A DNA stretch of 38,927 bases from a virus. Its lineage: Duplodnaviria; Caudoviricetes. This document shows, in pieces, positions 1 to 8,494 of the stretch (position 1 is its first letter; each line of letters starts with the position of its first letter). The notes under the pieces are model-generated. The model saw nothing but the letters and a program-made list of their open reading frames with translations. It did no database searches and was not told where the DNA came from. The stretch is taken from positions 1 to 38,927 of IMG/VR virus record IMGVR_UViG_3300033416_000018; one strand, written 5' to 3'. The position numbers and the translations under genes were made by a program.

Positions 1-1
1 G

Positions 2-631
2 CTCGGGCGCCTCATCCCGGCCGAGCACGCGGACTACTACTACGCCTTGGAGATGTTCCTGGAGCACGTCTCCGCCCGCGGGTTGTGCGTGGAGTTCGTG
101 GTGTTCGCGGATATGGGTACGGACCCCCTCCGCACGATGAACGCCGGCCGGCACTACCACGACGTCATGGACGTGCTGACGGGTCGCTCCGGCGTCGTGG
201 CTGAGGTCTGCAATGAACCCTTCGTCAACGGGTTCGAGCCACTGACGGTGTACACGCCGTTCTCTGAACTGGCCCAAGCCCTCGGGCACTACAACGTGGA
301 TGCCCCGACCGCCTCGCTTCCGAAGGCGCAGTATCTCACTCAGCACGGCCAGCGCGACATCGAATGGCCCCGCCGGGCCAAAGACTTACTGGAACTGTCA
401 AGGTTGGGCTACGCCGACGATCCGAACCCCGCGCATCCGCCCTTCCTGCCGCTGAACGTGCCGGCGGTCGGCGACGAGCCGATGGGCATTGGTGTCGATC
501 AACCCGGCCGGCGCTCCATGAACAAGACAGACCACGCGGCATATCATGCCCTCGCGATGCTACTCGCCTCGGGGTCGACCATTCACGGGGACTTTGGGCT
601 GGAGACACGGCTGCCGCGGCCCGACGAGTAG
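2..631 (+). CDS. 5'-truncated glycoside hydrolase-like (clan GH-A/GH5-like TIM barrel) protein, possible endolysin; ends at an in-frame TAG
   Basis: Frame is open from base 2 (LGRLIPAEHADYYYALEMF...); EVCNEP acid/base-type motif and later DEP motif; lies directly upstream of holin-like genes. Confidence 0.5.
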   Translation, partial: LGRLIPAEHADYYYALEMFLEHVSARGLCVEFVVFADMGTDPLRTMNAGRHYHDVMDVLTGRSGVVAEVCNEPFVNGFEPLTVYTPFSELAQALGHYNVDAPTASLPKAQYLTQHGQRDIEWPRRAKDLLELSRLGYADDPNPAHPPFLPLNVPAVGDEPMGIGVDQPGRRSMNKTDHAAYHALAMLLASGSTIHGDFGLETRLPRPDE

Positions 632-649
632 GCCATCGTCGAGGCGATC

Positions 650-883
650 GTGGCCGGCTGGGATGCCATCCCACCGAAGGCCCAACTCGGCACGTACACG
701 GCCGCCCATCTGTCCGACTGCCCTCTCTATGGAGACCAGAGTCTGAAAACCTACGGCATGATCGACGGCGGATCCGCGACGATGGTCCGCGTGCGCGGCG
801 TCGGGGATCCCATCGCGACCAACGGATGGCGCATCGTCACACAGCACGGCTATCCGGCCCTTGTCGTCACCCTGGAGAAGTAA
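650..883 (+). CDS. Hypothetical protein, same frame as the preceding ORF; probably its C-terminal continuation
   Basis: In frame with 2..631, separated only by TAG 629-631; weak GAGG before GTG 650. Confidence 0.45.
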   Translation: MAGWDAIPPKAQLGTYTAAHLSDCPLYGDQSLKTYGMIDGGSATMVRVRGVGDPIATNGWRIVTQHGYPALVVTLEK

Positions 884-884
884 T

Positions 885-1106
885 GTGCCGCATATCCATG
901 ACTCGACCCGCATCACGGTCAGCTTGAACTGGCTCATCGCTACGGCGGGCCTGCTCATTACCATCGCTTCGTCTGGCGGGGTACTCTTATACCAGGTCCA
1001 GTCCATGCGCGGCGAAATCGCGGAGATGCACCTTGAGCAGACGCGGAACCGTGAGGCCATCATCGCGCTCACGGCCACCCTGCAAGGCCAAGGAGTCTTG
1101 AAATGA
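885..1106 (+). CDS. Single-TM plus coiled-coil membrane protein (holin/antiholin-like)
   Basis: GGAGAAG RBS before GTG 885; hydrophobic WLIATAGLLITIASSGGVLLY followed by heptad helix. Confidence 0.55.
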   Translation: MPHIHDSTRITVSLNWLIATAGLLITIASSGGVLLYQVQSMRGEIAEMHLEQTRNREAIIALTATLQGQGVLK

Positions 1107-1342
1107 GACGGCTACTCTGGGCGTTCGTGATGACCTTCCTCGTCGGCTTCAGCGTAATGGGGCTCTATGGGCAGGCCGTACAGTACCGTTCCGCCGAAAG
1201 CTACATGCCGGAGACCCTCACCATCAAGCGGGAGCTTCCCGATCGGACGCGGGTCTGCGTCGAGCCGCCAGACGGCGGACTCATGGCGTGTCGGACGCTC
1301 GGCGACCTACGTGACTGGGTATTCAAGTCGAAAGCGAAATAG
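1103..1342 (+). CDS. Small secreted or membrane-anchored protein
   Basis: ATGA overlap, AAGGAG RBS, N-terminal signal/TM segment, two Cys. Confidence 0.6.
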   Translation: MRRLLWAFVMTFLVGFSVMGLYGQAVQYRSAESYMPETLTIKRELPDRTRVCVEPPDGGLMACRTLGDLRDWVFKSKAK

Positions 1343-1350
1343 GAGGCTAC

Positions 1351-1533
1351 ATGCACAGGGACATGATCGCGTGGTGGATCGGGCTCATCGGCGGCGTCGT
1401 GACGGCGCTCGCCGCACAGGCGGATCTGTTTCCGCCCGCAGCCAAGCCTTACGTGACGATCGCGGCTGTTATCGTCGCCGCGGTTAGCGGCTGGATGAAG
1501 ACGAGTCCGCTCCCCGGCGCTCCGAAGGAGTGA
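1351..1533 (+). CDS. Two-TM holin-like protein
   Basis: AGGAGG RBS, 60 aa, two hydrophobic helices, charged C-terminus. Confidence 0.6.
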   Translation: MHRDMIAWWIGLIGGVVTALAAQADLFPPAAKPYVTIAAVIVAAVSGWMKTSPLPGAPKE

Positions 1534-1952
1534 GTATGCGACGACTCGTGCCGCTGCTCCTCGTCGTCCTCGTCGCGGGCTGTTCGCAGAACCCGCGCCA
1601 CAACTACGCCGTCGCGTCGACGACGGTCGCGACATCGCTCTTTGCCATTCAGGACGCCGAGGAAGCGGCCTATCGCGCCGCCAGACTGACGCCCGCGCAG
1701 CACATGGTCTTCAACCAGACGATGCTCGCGGCCCTCAAGGTGGGGCGTGAGTTCAATACCGCTGTGCTGGCCTGGAAGCCTGGCGAGACGCCACCGCAGC
1801 AACTTCCGCGGCTCCGCGAACTGATGCTGAAGCTCAGCACGGAGATCATCGCCACCTTTCCCGAGGACGTGAGAGTGGAGATCCAGAAGACGATCACGGC
1901 GACGTATGACGCCATCCTCGCCGTACTCCTAGCGTCCCAAGGGGGTGCGTGA
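1530..1952 (+). CDS. Lipoprotein (possible spanin-like lysis accessory)
   Basis: MRRLVPLLLVVLVAG-C lipobox, helical body, lysis-cassette position. Confidence 0.65.
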   Translation: MSMRRLVPLLLVVLVAGCSQNPRHNYAVASTTVATSLFAIQDAEEAAYRAARLTPAQHMVFNQTMLAALKVGREFNTAVLAWKPGETPPQQLPRLRELMLKLSTEIIATFPEDVRVEIQKTITATYDAILAVLLASQGGA

Positions 1953-2158
1953 TGGCAAAGGTGGAACCCGTCAGCGTCCTGCAATGGACTCAGGTCATCA
2001 TGCAGATGATCACGATCGGCGCCACGACCTACGCCGCCATCAAACAGGCGACTGCTGATGCTGGCTGGCAGGAAGACGACGCCCGCCTGAAGGCGCTCGA
2101 CGCGGAGTACGCCCGCCGCATTGCCAAGGCCGAAGCCGCCGCGACTGGACAGGGGTGA
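1949..2158 (+). CDS. Small helical hypothetical protein, last gene of lysis-type cassette
   Basis: GTGA overlap with lipoprotein gene; phage-like codon usage. Confidence 0.6.
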   Translation: MMAKVEPVSVLQWTQVIMQMITIGATTYAAIKQATADAGWQEDDARLKALDAEYARRIAKAEAAATGQG

Positions 2159-2168
2159 GAATGAGGCA

Positions 2169-2199
2169 CGGGGCGATGGGGTTCCGGCCCGTCGCCCCG
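2169..2199. terminator. 12-bp GC-rich hairpin after the lysis cassette
   Basis: cggggcgatggg-gttccgg-cccgtcgccccg; no U-tract, so function is uncertain. Confidence 0.4.
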
Positions 2200-2268
2200 C
2201 GCAGGGGAGGATGTCGCTCCCCCAGGTGGGCGCCCAAGATCATTGTCGCACGGCTGTCAATTTTCCGC

Positions 2269-2297
2269 TTGACTTGATGCTTGCTTGCAAGTACGCT
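2269..2297 (+). promoter_or_regulatory. Sigma70-type promoter, probably leaderless transcript
   Basis: TTGACT-17bp-TACGCT, 6 nt upstream of GTG 2304. Confidence 0.65.
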
Positions 2298-2303
2298 CTC
2301 CCC

Positions 2304-2441
2304 GTGACCGCGCACGAACTAGCGAGACTCGGCGGATACGCGAGAGCGAAAAGTCTTCCGAAGGCTCGGCGGATCGCCATCGCGCGGTATGCGGCGCTCT
2401 GCCGCTGGGCAAAGCAGACACCACCGAAGAAACGGCGGTAA
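2304..2441 (+). CDS. Small basic nucleic-acid-binding-type protein (GG.ARA..L...RR..IA..AA..RW family)
   Basis: MTAHELARLGGYARAKSLPKARRIAIARYAALCRWAK; GTG at predicted transcription start. Confidence 0.65.
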   Translation: MTAHELARLGGYARAKSLPKARRIAIARYAALCRWAKQTPPKKRR

Positions 2442-2444
2442 GCC

Positions 2445-2687
2445 ATGTCACTCGTGGCAGCGGGTGTAATCGGGATCGTCGTCGGCTATGGACTCTGCCT
2501 GTGGCGCGAGTCGCGGCGTGTGCGCGACTGCGAACGAGACTGTCACGCGCTACGCGAGCACATCAAAACACGGCTACATCAGGACCTGACGATCTACCAT
2601 CTGTACGCCGCGAACGAGCGGCTGGCGCGGATGATCGCGCTACGGAATGCCTGCGAGAAGACGCGGCTTGATGCGGAGGGATCGTGA
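2445..2687 (+). CDS. TM-anchored coiled-coil hypothetical protein
   Basis: N-terminal hydrophobic helix; starts 3 nt after the upstream stop. Confidence 0.55.
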   Translation: MSLVAAGVIGIVVGYGLCLWRESRRVRDCERDCHALREHIKTRLHQDLTIYHLYAANERLARMIALRNACEKTRLDAEGS

Positions 2688-2764
2688 TGCGCGCGGGCGG
2701 GGTGGGGCTGGCTGCTGGGAACCGTGCGGCCCCGCACGGAAGCCGGCTCCCATCTCCCCGCCGT

Positions 2765-2868
2765 ACAGAAAGCGGCCGGCATCTGGCAGGACGCCGGCCT
2801 TGGAGGTGGGGCTGTCGTGAGAGGAGCAGACCCGCAGCCATTCTACACCCGTCCTCTCGGAGTGCCAA
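2765..2868 (-). ncRNA. Candidate antisense small RNA with own promoter and intrinsic terminator
   Basis: Minus strand TTGGCA(2868-2863)-17bp-TAGAAT(2845-2840); about 70 nt later hairpin ggccggc...gccggcc followed by gctttct. Confidence 0.5.
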
Positions 2869-2871
2869 ACA

Positions 2872-4029
2872 ATGAGTGATGCGAGCCGTCCCCCCGACGA
2901 TGCTTCCGAGCGGAAGGAAGCCTATCTCCAGAAAGTCAGCGCCGTGCCGGTCGGCCTCGCCCCCCGGTCTTTGGATGAAGCCTTCCGCACGGCCGAGGTC
3001 TTCGCGAAGGCCAACCTCGTGCCGCCCGAGTTCCGCGGGAACCCCGCGAACTGCCTCGTGGCGATCATGGCCGGGGCGGAAGTCGGCCTGAGTCCGTGGC
3101 AGGCCATTCAAGGCACAGCGGTCATCAACCAACGGCCGAGCTACTACGGCGACACGCTCCTGGCGATCTGCATGGCCGCGCCCGTCTTCGAGTGGATCGA
3201 TGAGCCTCCGGTCAAGGATGGTCTGGCGACCTGCACGGTAAAGCGGAAGGGCTGGCCGAACCCCGTGACCCGATCGTTCTCCATCGACGACGCCAAGCGG
3301 GCGCATCTGTGGGGCAAGCAGGGACCGTGGACTAACCATCCCGATCGGATGCTCCAGATGCGGGCGCGGGCGTTCGCTCTGCGCGACGTCTTCGCGGACG
3401 TCCTGCGCGGCATCGCCTCAGCGGAGGAAATGATCGACGTGGCTAGTCCGAGCGTCACGGAGGTCAAGCCCGACCCCATCGTGGCGATGCGGAACGATCT
3501 CGCATGTTCCGACGAGCAGTGGGCTGAGATCGTCTCGCTGTGGGATGAACTGAAGGTGCCGCCCGCACAGCGCATCCTCGACGCGAAGAAGTACTCCGGC
3601 CATGCCGTGGTCTTGGCGCAGAAGTTGATCGACCAGCGCACAGAGCCAACAAATCCGGCCAAGTTCTTTGCCGCCGTGGGCAACGCCCTCGTAACTGCCG
3701 TCCCCGTCGAGCCCAAGGTGGTGACGAAGCACGCGCGGAAGCGGTTGGCGAAGGCCAAGGCTGAGGGCACGGCGACCACGCCCAGCCCCGAACCGCCGCC
3801 GGCACCCGAGAAGGCGACCTGTGAGCATGGCGTCCTCATCGACGAACCGTGTGACGTCTGCATCAGCCTCGGCGACGCCCTCGCCGAAGGACGCCCAGAG
3901 CCGCCGGCTGAGACGCCTCCGCCACCCCCGCATCAAGAGACGTCGGCCGAGTACGCCGCGCGTCGGAAGGAAGAACTGCGGCGGCTGAACGAACCCACGG
4001 TCGCGCCGAAAGACGTGGCGCCGTTCTAG
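2872..4029 (+). CDS. recT: RecT/Redbeta-like single-strand annealing protein with long Pro-rich C-terminal extension
   Basis: G.P.NC..AIM.G.E.GLSP.QA.Q...VIN.RP and WGKQGPW..HPDRMLQMRAR.FALRD.F.DVLRG motifs. Confidence 0.8.
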   Translation: MSDASRPPDDASERKEAYLQKVSAVPVGLAPRSLDEAFRTAEVFAKANLVPPEFRGNPANCLVAIMAGAEVGLSPWQAIQGTAVINQRPSYYGDTLLAICMAAPVFEWIDEPPVKDGLATCTVKRKGWPNPVTRSFSIDDAKRAHLWGKQGPWTNHPDRMLQMRARAFALRDVFADVLRGIASAEEMIDVASPSVTEVKPDPIVAMRNDLACSDEQWAEIVSLWDELKVPPAQRILDAKKYSGHAVVLAQKLIDQRTEPTNPAKFFAAVGNALVTAVPVEPKVVTKHARKRLAKAKAEGTATTPSPEPPPAPEKATCEHGVLIDEPCDVCISLGDALAEGRPEPPAETPPPPPHQETSAEYAARRKEELRRLNEPTVAPKDVAPF

Positions 4030-4037
4030 GGTGAGAC

Positions 4038-5153
4038 ATGGCATACCAACCCACAGACACCCTGACTCACAGCAAGTTGCTTGCATTTACTTGTCCGAGC
4101 CGATATCACAAGCTCCACGTCCTGGGGCTGAAGGACGACTCGGACCCAGCCCGCCGGGGCTCGACGGTCCACACGGCGAACGAACTGTACCTGGCCGCAC
4201 TGGTCGAGGCTGGCGAACCGTCCGACTTCGACTTGGCGCAGCAGTGCCTTCAGGACGCCATCGTGGCAGAGACGTGCCCCGCCCATCTCGTGCCGGATGT
4301 CGAATATCTCTGGCAGAACCACGTTGAACGCTTCGAGTTGGACTTGAACGCCTACCTGGAGGCCGAGACGCGGCGGAGCGTCGGAGAGTTTTCTTTCAAG
4401 CCCGACTGGGCCTACGTCTACGCCGATCGCCTGGAAATACACGACCTGAAGACCCATTACCAAGCGTTGACGGAGGATGGCGCGCGGCGCGACCTTCAGG
4501 CGCGGATGTACGCCTTCCTCGCATCGAAGGTCTGGCAGGGGTTCGACTGTTACCGCTTCGTCTGGCACTTCATCAGACTGAACCAGACCGTTGTAACAGA
4601 CTTCCGACCGTCCGATCTGGACGCCATCGGTCGACAGCTTGCGGCGCACGCCGAGGCCATCGAGAAGGCCAAGGCGACAGACGACTGGCCCGCGGCCCCT
4701 GGACAGCAGTGCCAGTACTGCACGTTCGTCTGCCCGGCGGTGGACGCCGCGGAGCGGATGCCGGCGCGCATCCTCACGCCCGAGGATGCGGCGAAGATCG
4801 CCGAGAACCTCGTGGTGCTGAACGCCTCGATCGCGCAGCAGAAGCGCGTCTTAGAGCAGTACACGGCGCTCCACGGACCCGTTGCCGCGGCCGGCTACGA
4901 ATACGCCCACCGGCCGTACGAACGCAAGCAGTACCCCGCCGCGGCGTTCATCGACACGCTGCGCTCGCACGGGGAACTGAAATTGAAACTGACGTTCGGG
5001 GCGTCGGCGCTCCGTACCTACCTCACGACGAAGAAGTGGGCGTTTATGAAAGACGATTTTGAGGCGCTCGCCGAAGTCAAGACGGGGACGCGCTTCTCGG
5101 CGAAGAAGATCGACATCGAGGGTGACGAGCCCGAGGACGACGCGACGGAGTAG
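4038..5153 (+). CDS. PD-(D/E)XK RecB/Cas4-like exonuclease (RecE-type partner of RecT)
   Basis: HSKL..F.CP.RY, GS.VH, KPD...IHDLKT, Q..MYA, C-terminal CQYC...CP Fe-S ligands. Confidence 0.8.
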   Translation: MAYQPTDTLTHSKLLAFTCPSRYHKLHVLGLKDDSDPARRGSTVHTANELYLAALVEAGEPSDFDLAQQCLQDAIVAETCPAHLVPDVEYLWQNHVERFELDLNAYLEAETRRSVGEFSFKPDWAYVYADRLEIHDLKTHYQALTEDGARRDLQARMYAFLASKVWQGFDCYRFVWHFIRLNQTVVTDFRPSDLDAIGRQLAAHAEAIEKAKATDDWPAAPGQQCQYCTFVCPAVDAAERMPARILTPEDAAKIAENLVVLNASIAQQKRVLEQYTALHGPVAAAGYEYAHRPYERKQYPAAAFIDTLRSHGELKLKLTFGASALRTYLTTKKWAFMKDDFEALAEVKTGTRFSAKKIDIEGDEPEDDATE

Positions 5154-5156
5154 GCC

Positions 5157-5423
5157 ATGCTTGCCCGAACGCATTGCCAGCGGTTAGCCATCGCCGTGCT
5201 GGAGCGGGCGCTCTTGGACGCCTGGGCCAGAGACGACCGGGTGAAGCACGACGCCAGGACGTTCATCCAGGAGCCGTCTGAACTGCGGATGTTCTGGTGC
5301 GGACTCGCGGAGGTGTCCGAGGGATACCTCGTGCGGGCACTCCTGCAACCCCGCGCCAGCCACCGGCCGTACCCGGGGAGCCGCGCCACGGTCGCCGTGA
5401 CAGACGAGGAGCAGGACGCATGA
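5157..5423 (+). CDS. Hypothetical phage protein
   Basis: LA.AVL.RA..D...DAR.F pattern common in phage early regions; coupled to neighbours. Confidence 0.55.
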   Translation: MLARTHCQRLAIAVLERALLDAWARDDRVKHDARTFIQEPSELRMFWCGLAEVSEGYLVRALLQPRASHRPYPGSRATVAVTDEEQDA

Positions 5424-5560
5424 CGCTATGGGGGTGGGTGGTGTTGGGCGCGGTCCTTGTGGTGGCGGGCCTCGTCGTCGGCGCCCTCCTCGCGCTGGCG
5501 TCCGTGGTCCTGCCGAGATGGGAGCCCGATCGGGATGGGTTCTCGGAGGAAGACGAATGA
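5420..5560 (+). CDS. Small single-TM protein
   Basis: ATGA overlaps at both ends; long hydrophobic stretch. Confidence 0.55.
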   Translation: MTLWGWVVLGAVLVVAGLVVGALLALASVVLPRWEPDRDGFSEEDE

Positions 5561-5772
5561 GCATCTTCAGCCGGTTTCGGCGTTTCATGGACACGGATGG
5601 GCGCGACCCGCGCCCCGACTACGTGAGCCCGCAGGTGATCCTGCACCACGAACGGCACGAGATCACCCGGGGCGTCGATCTGCCCCGGTGGAAGACGCCG
5701 CGGGAACTCGCGGAACTGCGGCGACTGGAGCGCCGCGCGGCCCTCCGCGTCGTCATCCGCAAGGGGGCGTAG
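5557..5772 (+). CDS. Hypothetical basic protein
   Basis: GGAGGA RBS, ATGA overlap. Confidence 0.5.
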   Translation: MSIFSRFRRFMDTDGRDPRPDYVSPQVILHHERHEITRGVDLPRWKTPRELAELRRLERRAALRVVIRKGA

Positions 5773-6204
5773 ATGTCGGACACGCTCTCGAAGGACTGGC
5801 CGCACGATCAAGACTTCGACCTCACGCCCGAGGTGCCTCTAGAGGAGTCCTTCGCTCAGTTCTGGGCCGCGTACCCGCGCCACGAGGCGAAAAAGGATGC
5901 CTGGAAGGCATGGACCCAGATTCGGCCCGACGCGGCCCTCGTCGACCGCATCCTCGACAACCTCCGCACGCGAAAATGGCCGAACCTTCAGAAGCACATT
6001 CCCCTGCCGGCGTCGTACCTTCGTGGGTATCGCTTCAACGACGAGCCTGGCGTCGATACGCCGAGCACCCCGGCGAACCGATGGGCGCCGGCCAAACCGT
6101 CCAGGCTCATCAAGGGAGGCATGGGGATCTGGTGCGAGCACGACCCGATCTGCGAGACGGACTTGGAGCACGTCAGAAAAACTGTTGACGGAGGCGAGAA
6201 GTGA
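5773..6204 (+). CDS. Phage replication-initiator C-terminal-like domain protein
   Basis: FAQFWAAYPRHEAKKDAWKAW...IPLPASYLRG.RF.DE matches the F..FW..YP.K..K..A.KAW / P.P.TWLN..RW.DE pattern. Confidence 0.65.
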   Translation: MSDTLSKDWPHDQDFDLTPEVPLEESFAQFWAAYPRHEAKKDAWKAWTQIRPDAALVDRILDNLRTRKWPNLQKHIPLPASYLRGYRFNDEPGVDTPSTPANRWAPAKPSRLIKGGMGIWCEHDPICETDLEHVRKTVDGGEK

Positions 6205-6214
6205 AGCGTAGGAT
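6185..6214 (+). promoter_or_regulatory. Sigma70-type promoter
   Basis: TTGACG-18bp-TAGGAT at the start of a 380-bp ORF-poor gap. Confidence 0.55.
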
Positions 6215-6289
6215 GAGGGCCGACCGCCCGCGTAATGCGCGCAGGCGGCCGGCAATGGCATGGTGGATCATGCCGGAGCGAGCGCGTTT

Positions 6290-6318
6290 AGTATGACGCG
6301 CCACCCCGCCACGGTCAA
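6290..6318 (-). promoter_or_regulatory. Antisense sigma70-type promoter facing the 6185 promoter
   Basis: Minus strand TTGACC-17bp-CATACT. Confidence 0.55.
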
Positions 6319-6591
6319 GTCACAACCACTGCCGCGGAGTACTCAACGGTCCCGGCCTCGCACTGTGAGGCGCGGGCGATGCCGACCCGGGGGCTGGAGT
6401 GCCGGGGACCTTGCTTCGAGCGGTGGTTGCGAGCGGGCGCTGACGCCGACTGTCAACCCGCGCACATGCGACGGCCGAGTGGCCGAGAGTGACGCCGCGA
6501 ACACAGACCTAGCGGGACCTGTGCGGGCAACATCGTGGGCATACCCAGAAGATCGCGGGAATAGAGTCGGTACGTACCGGCGAGGAGAGTC

Positions 6592-6939
6592 ATGCGGAAA
6601 GCGACTCCGAAAAAGCGCAAACGTCCCGTCAAAGCCGCGACCCGGCACGCCAAGGCGAAGAAGATCGGCCTTGCCCTAATGGGCGGGTACGCCGCGCAGC
6701 TTGAAAAGCAGGGGGGCGGGTGCGCCATCTGCGGCGCGCGGCCCAAGTCGCGGCGGTTGAACATCGACCACGAGCACGGAACGGGAGCCGTGCGCGGCCT
6801 GCTCTGTCCCCGTTGCAACCGTGGCCTGGGCTGGTTCGCGGATCAACCGTATCGCCTGGAAGGCGCGGCGCTCTACCTCAAGTGGGGCTGGGGCGCCGCC
6901 TGCTCGTACCGGGACGCACAGGGCACAAGGGCGCGATGA
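6592..6939 (+). CDS. Recombination endonuclease VII family protein
   Basis: Q.G.CAIC...L.IDH.H.TG.VRGLLC..CN.GLG.F.D motif; GAGGAG RBS. Confidence 0.85.
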   Translation: MRKATPKKRKRPVKAATRHAKAKKIGLALMGGYAAQLEKQGGGCAICGARPKSRRLNIDHEHGTGAVRGLLCPRCNRGLGWFADQPYRLEGAALYLKWGWGAACSYRDAQGTRAR

Positions 6940-7388
6940 GGCTGGAGCAGCCGAAACACTTGGCGCGGCAACGTATCGTTGCGGATCGGATCGCCGCGGA
7001 GTGGAAATGTGCCTGGGGACAGATGGGACCGTACTCGCCGTTCGATGTTTACCTGATGCGCGACAAGGCGATCGTGTCGCTTGTGGAAATTCGCACGCGA
7101 AGGGACCGTACCTGCGGCGCGTTTCCGACCGTGCTGATTGACCTAGACAAGTGGTTCAGTCTCATGCAGGCCGAAATAGGGTTGCACCTTCCGGCGCTGT
7201 ATGTTGTCGCGTTCACGGACGGCATTTGGTGGGTCCGCATCGGATCGCTTCCGGTCAACGAGTTCAAGATCAACTATCGCGGAAGGACCGACCGCCCAGA
7301 GGCGGCCAATGACCTGTCGCCCGTGATCGAAGTGCCGTCGATGACATTCCGCCGACTGTGTTCATCAGACGGCGTATTTGAGGATTAG
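6936..7388 (+). CDS. PD-(D/E)XK-fold nuclease-like protein
   Basis: YSPFD...VEIRTR motif (K replaced by R), ATGA overlap. Confidence 0.6.
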   Translation: MRLEQPKHLARQRIVADRIAAEWKCAWGQMGPYSPFDVYLMRDKAIVSLVEIRTRRDRTCGAFPTVLIDLDKWFSLMQAEIGLHLPALYVVAFTDGIWWVRIGSLPVNEFKINYRGRTDRPEAANDLSPVIEVPSMTFRRLCSSDGVFED

Positions 7389-7400
7389 AAGGAGAAAGCG

Positions 7401-7490
7401 GTGTTTCTGATTGGCGTTCAACTGCTTGTCGTCGTGGCCCTGGTATGGGTGTGCCTGGACGTCTGGATTGCCTGGAGGGAGCGACCATGA
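7401..7490 (+). CDS. 29-aa membrane peptide
   Basis: AAGGAG RBS, GTG start, MFLIGVQLLVVVALVWVCLDVWIAWRERP, ATGA overlap with next gene. Confidence 0.5.
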   Translation: MFLIGVQLLVVVALVWVCLDVWIAWRERP

Positions 7491-7726
7491 CGGCGGATGA
7501 ACTGGTAGCCTGGATCGAGCGGTATCGCTACACGGATGGGTCGCCCTACTCCGTGGAGGATATGGGCATGTTCCGCACGCTGGTCGGGGAGATTCACCGG
7601 CTGCGCCAGCTCGTCAACGAGACGCGGGCGTCGGACATGGCGCGGATGCGTGAGGAATGCGCGGTACTGCGCGTGGAGAACCTGGAGCTGCGGCAACGGC
7701 TGGACCGGACGGAGGAGGTGCCATGA
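7487..7726 (+). CDS. Hypothetical coiled-coil protein
   Basis: GGAGG RBS, ATGA overlaps. Confidence 0.6.
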   Translation: MTADELVAWIERYRYTDGSPYSVEDMGMFRTLVGEIHRLRQLVNETRASDMARMREECAVLRVENLELRQRLDRTEEVP

Positions 7727-7821
7727 CGTTCTGGATCGGGGTACTCGTGGGCCTGTTTATCGGGATTCCGGTTGGGTTTGCGACCTTGAGCTTCTGCGTC
7801 ATCGCGGGGAGAAAGCCATGA
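7723..7821 (+). CDS. 32-aa membrane peptide
   Basis: GGAGGAGG RBS; MTFWIGVLVGLFIGIPVGFATLSFCVIAGRKP; coupled at both ends. Confidence 0.55.
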   Translation: MTFWIGVLVGLFIGIPVGFATLSFCVIAGRKP

Positions 7822-8183
7822 CCGACCCCGAGCGGCTTGACGCGGCGCTTGGGCGCATCGACGAATCACTCGCCGACCCGGAAATCTTCTTCGACGACCT
7901 CGATGAGATGCTGGAGGATGTCGCTACCCTCGTCGCTGCGGTGCGGGAGTTGCAGCAGAAGTGCGATGTGTTGGAAGCCCCGGCGCTGAACTACAACCGC
8001 ACACTGGCGCGTGCGGAGAAGGCCGAAGCCGACCTCGCCGCGCTGAAGGGACGGACGTGCAAGACGTGCCTTCACATGAGCCTATACAATGACGAACAGA
8101 CCTGTGACCGAGTGGCAAACAACTATTCATGCTCCACATTCGGCTTCATCTGCGGCGCGTGGACCGCGAAGGAGGGGGCATGA
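7818..8183 (+). CDS. Coiled-coil protein with C-terminal Cys-rich zinc-binding motif
   Basis: CKTC...C...C...CGAW; ATGA overlaps. Confidence 0.6.
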   Translation: MTDPERLDAALGRIDESLADPEIFFDDLDEMLEDVATLVAAVRELQQKCDVLEAPALNYNRTLARAEKAEADLAALKGRTCKTCLHMSLYNDEQTCDRVANNYSCSTFGFICGAWTAKEGA

Positions 8184-8494
8184 AACCTGTCCAGGCGTGG
8201 GCAGTAACACTACCTCGTAAATTACATAGCATCACGGGCAACATGCCGTCGATTTCGGCCCCTTCAAGATGGATGTATCCGATCTACCGTTCATTGTACG
8301 AGGCTCGGGCGGCTGCGCGGCAGTGGTCATTTTCTCGTGAACAGCCGCGTATCATCCGTGTTGAGATCCGCGAGGTGCCGTACAACGCGAGGAACGGACC
8401 AGACTCTGACGGGTATGGGTGGGACCAGGTGCCGGACAACTCTGAGCAAGATGGTTTCTTCTGCGGCGCGTGGGCCGGGAAGGAGGGGGCGTGA
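8180..8494 (+). CDS. Hypothetical mosaic protein
   Basis: AAGGAGG RBS, ATGA overlap; shares motifs with both neighbours. Confidence 0.55.
   Translation: MKPVQAWAVTLPRKLHSITGNMPSISAPSRWMYPIYRSLYEARAAARQWSFSREQPRIIRVEIREVPYNARNGPDSDGYGWDQVPDNSEQDGFFCGAWAGKEGA

Noticed and set aside
4038-5153. Cas4 as part of a CRISPR system
   Set aside because: No cas1/cas2 or repeat-spacer array; adjacency to recT indicates a recombination exonuclease
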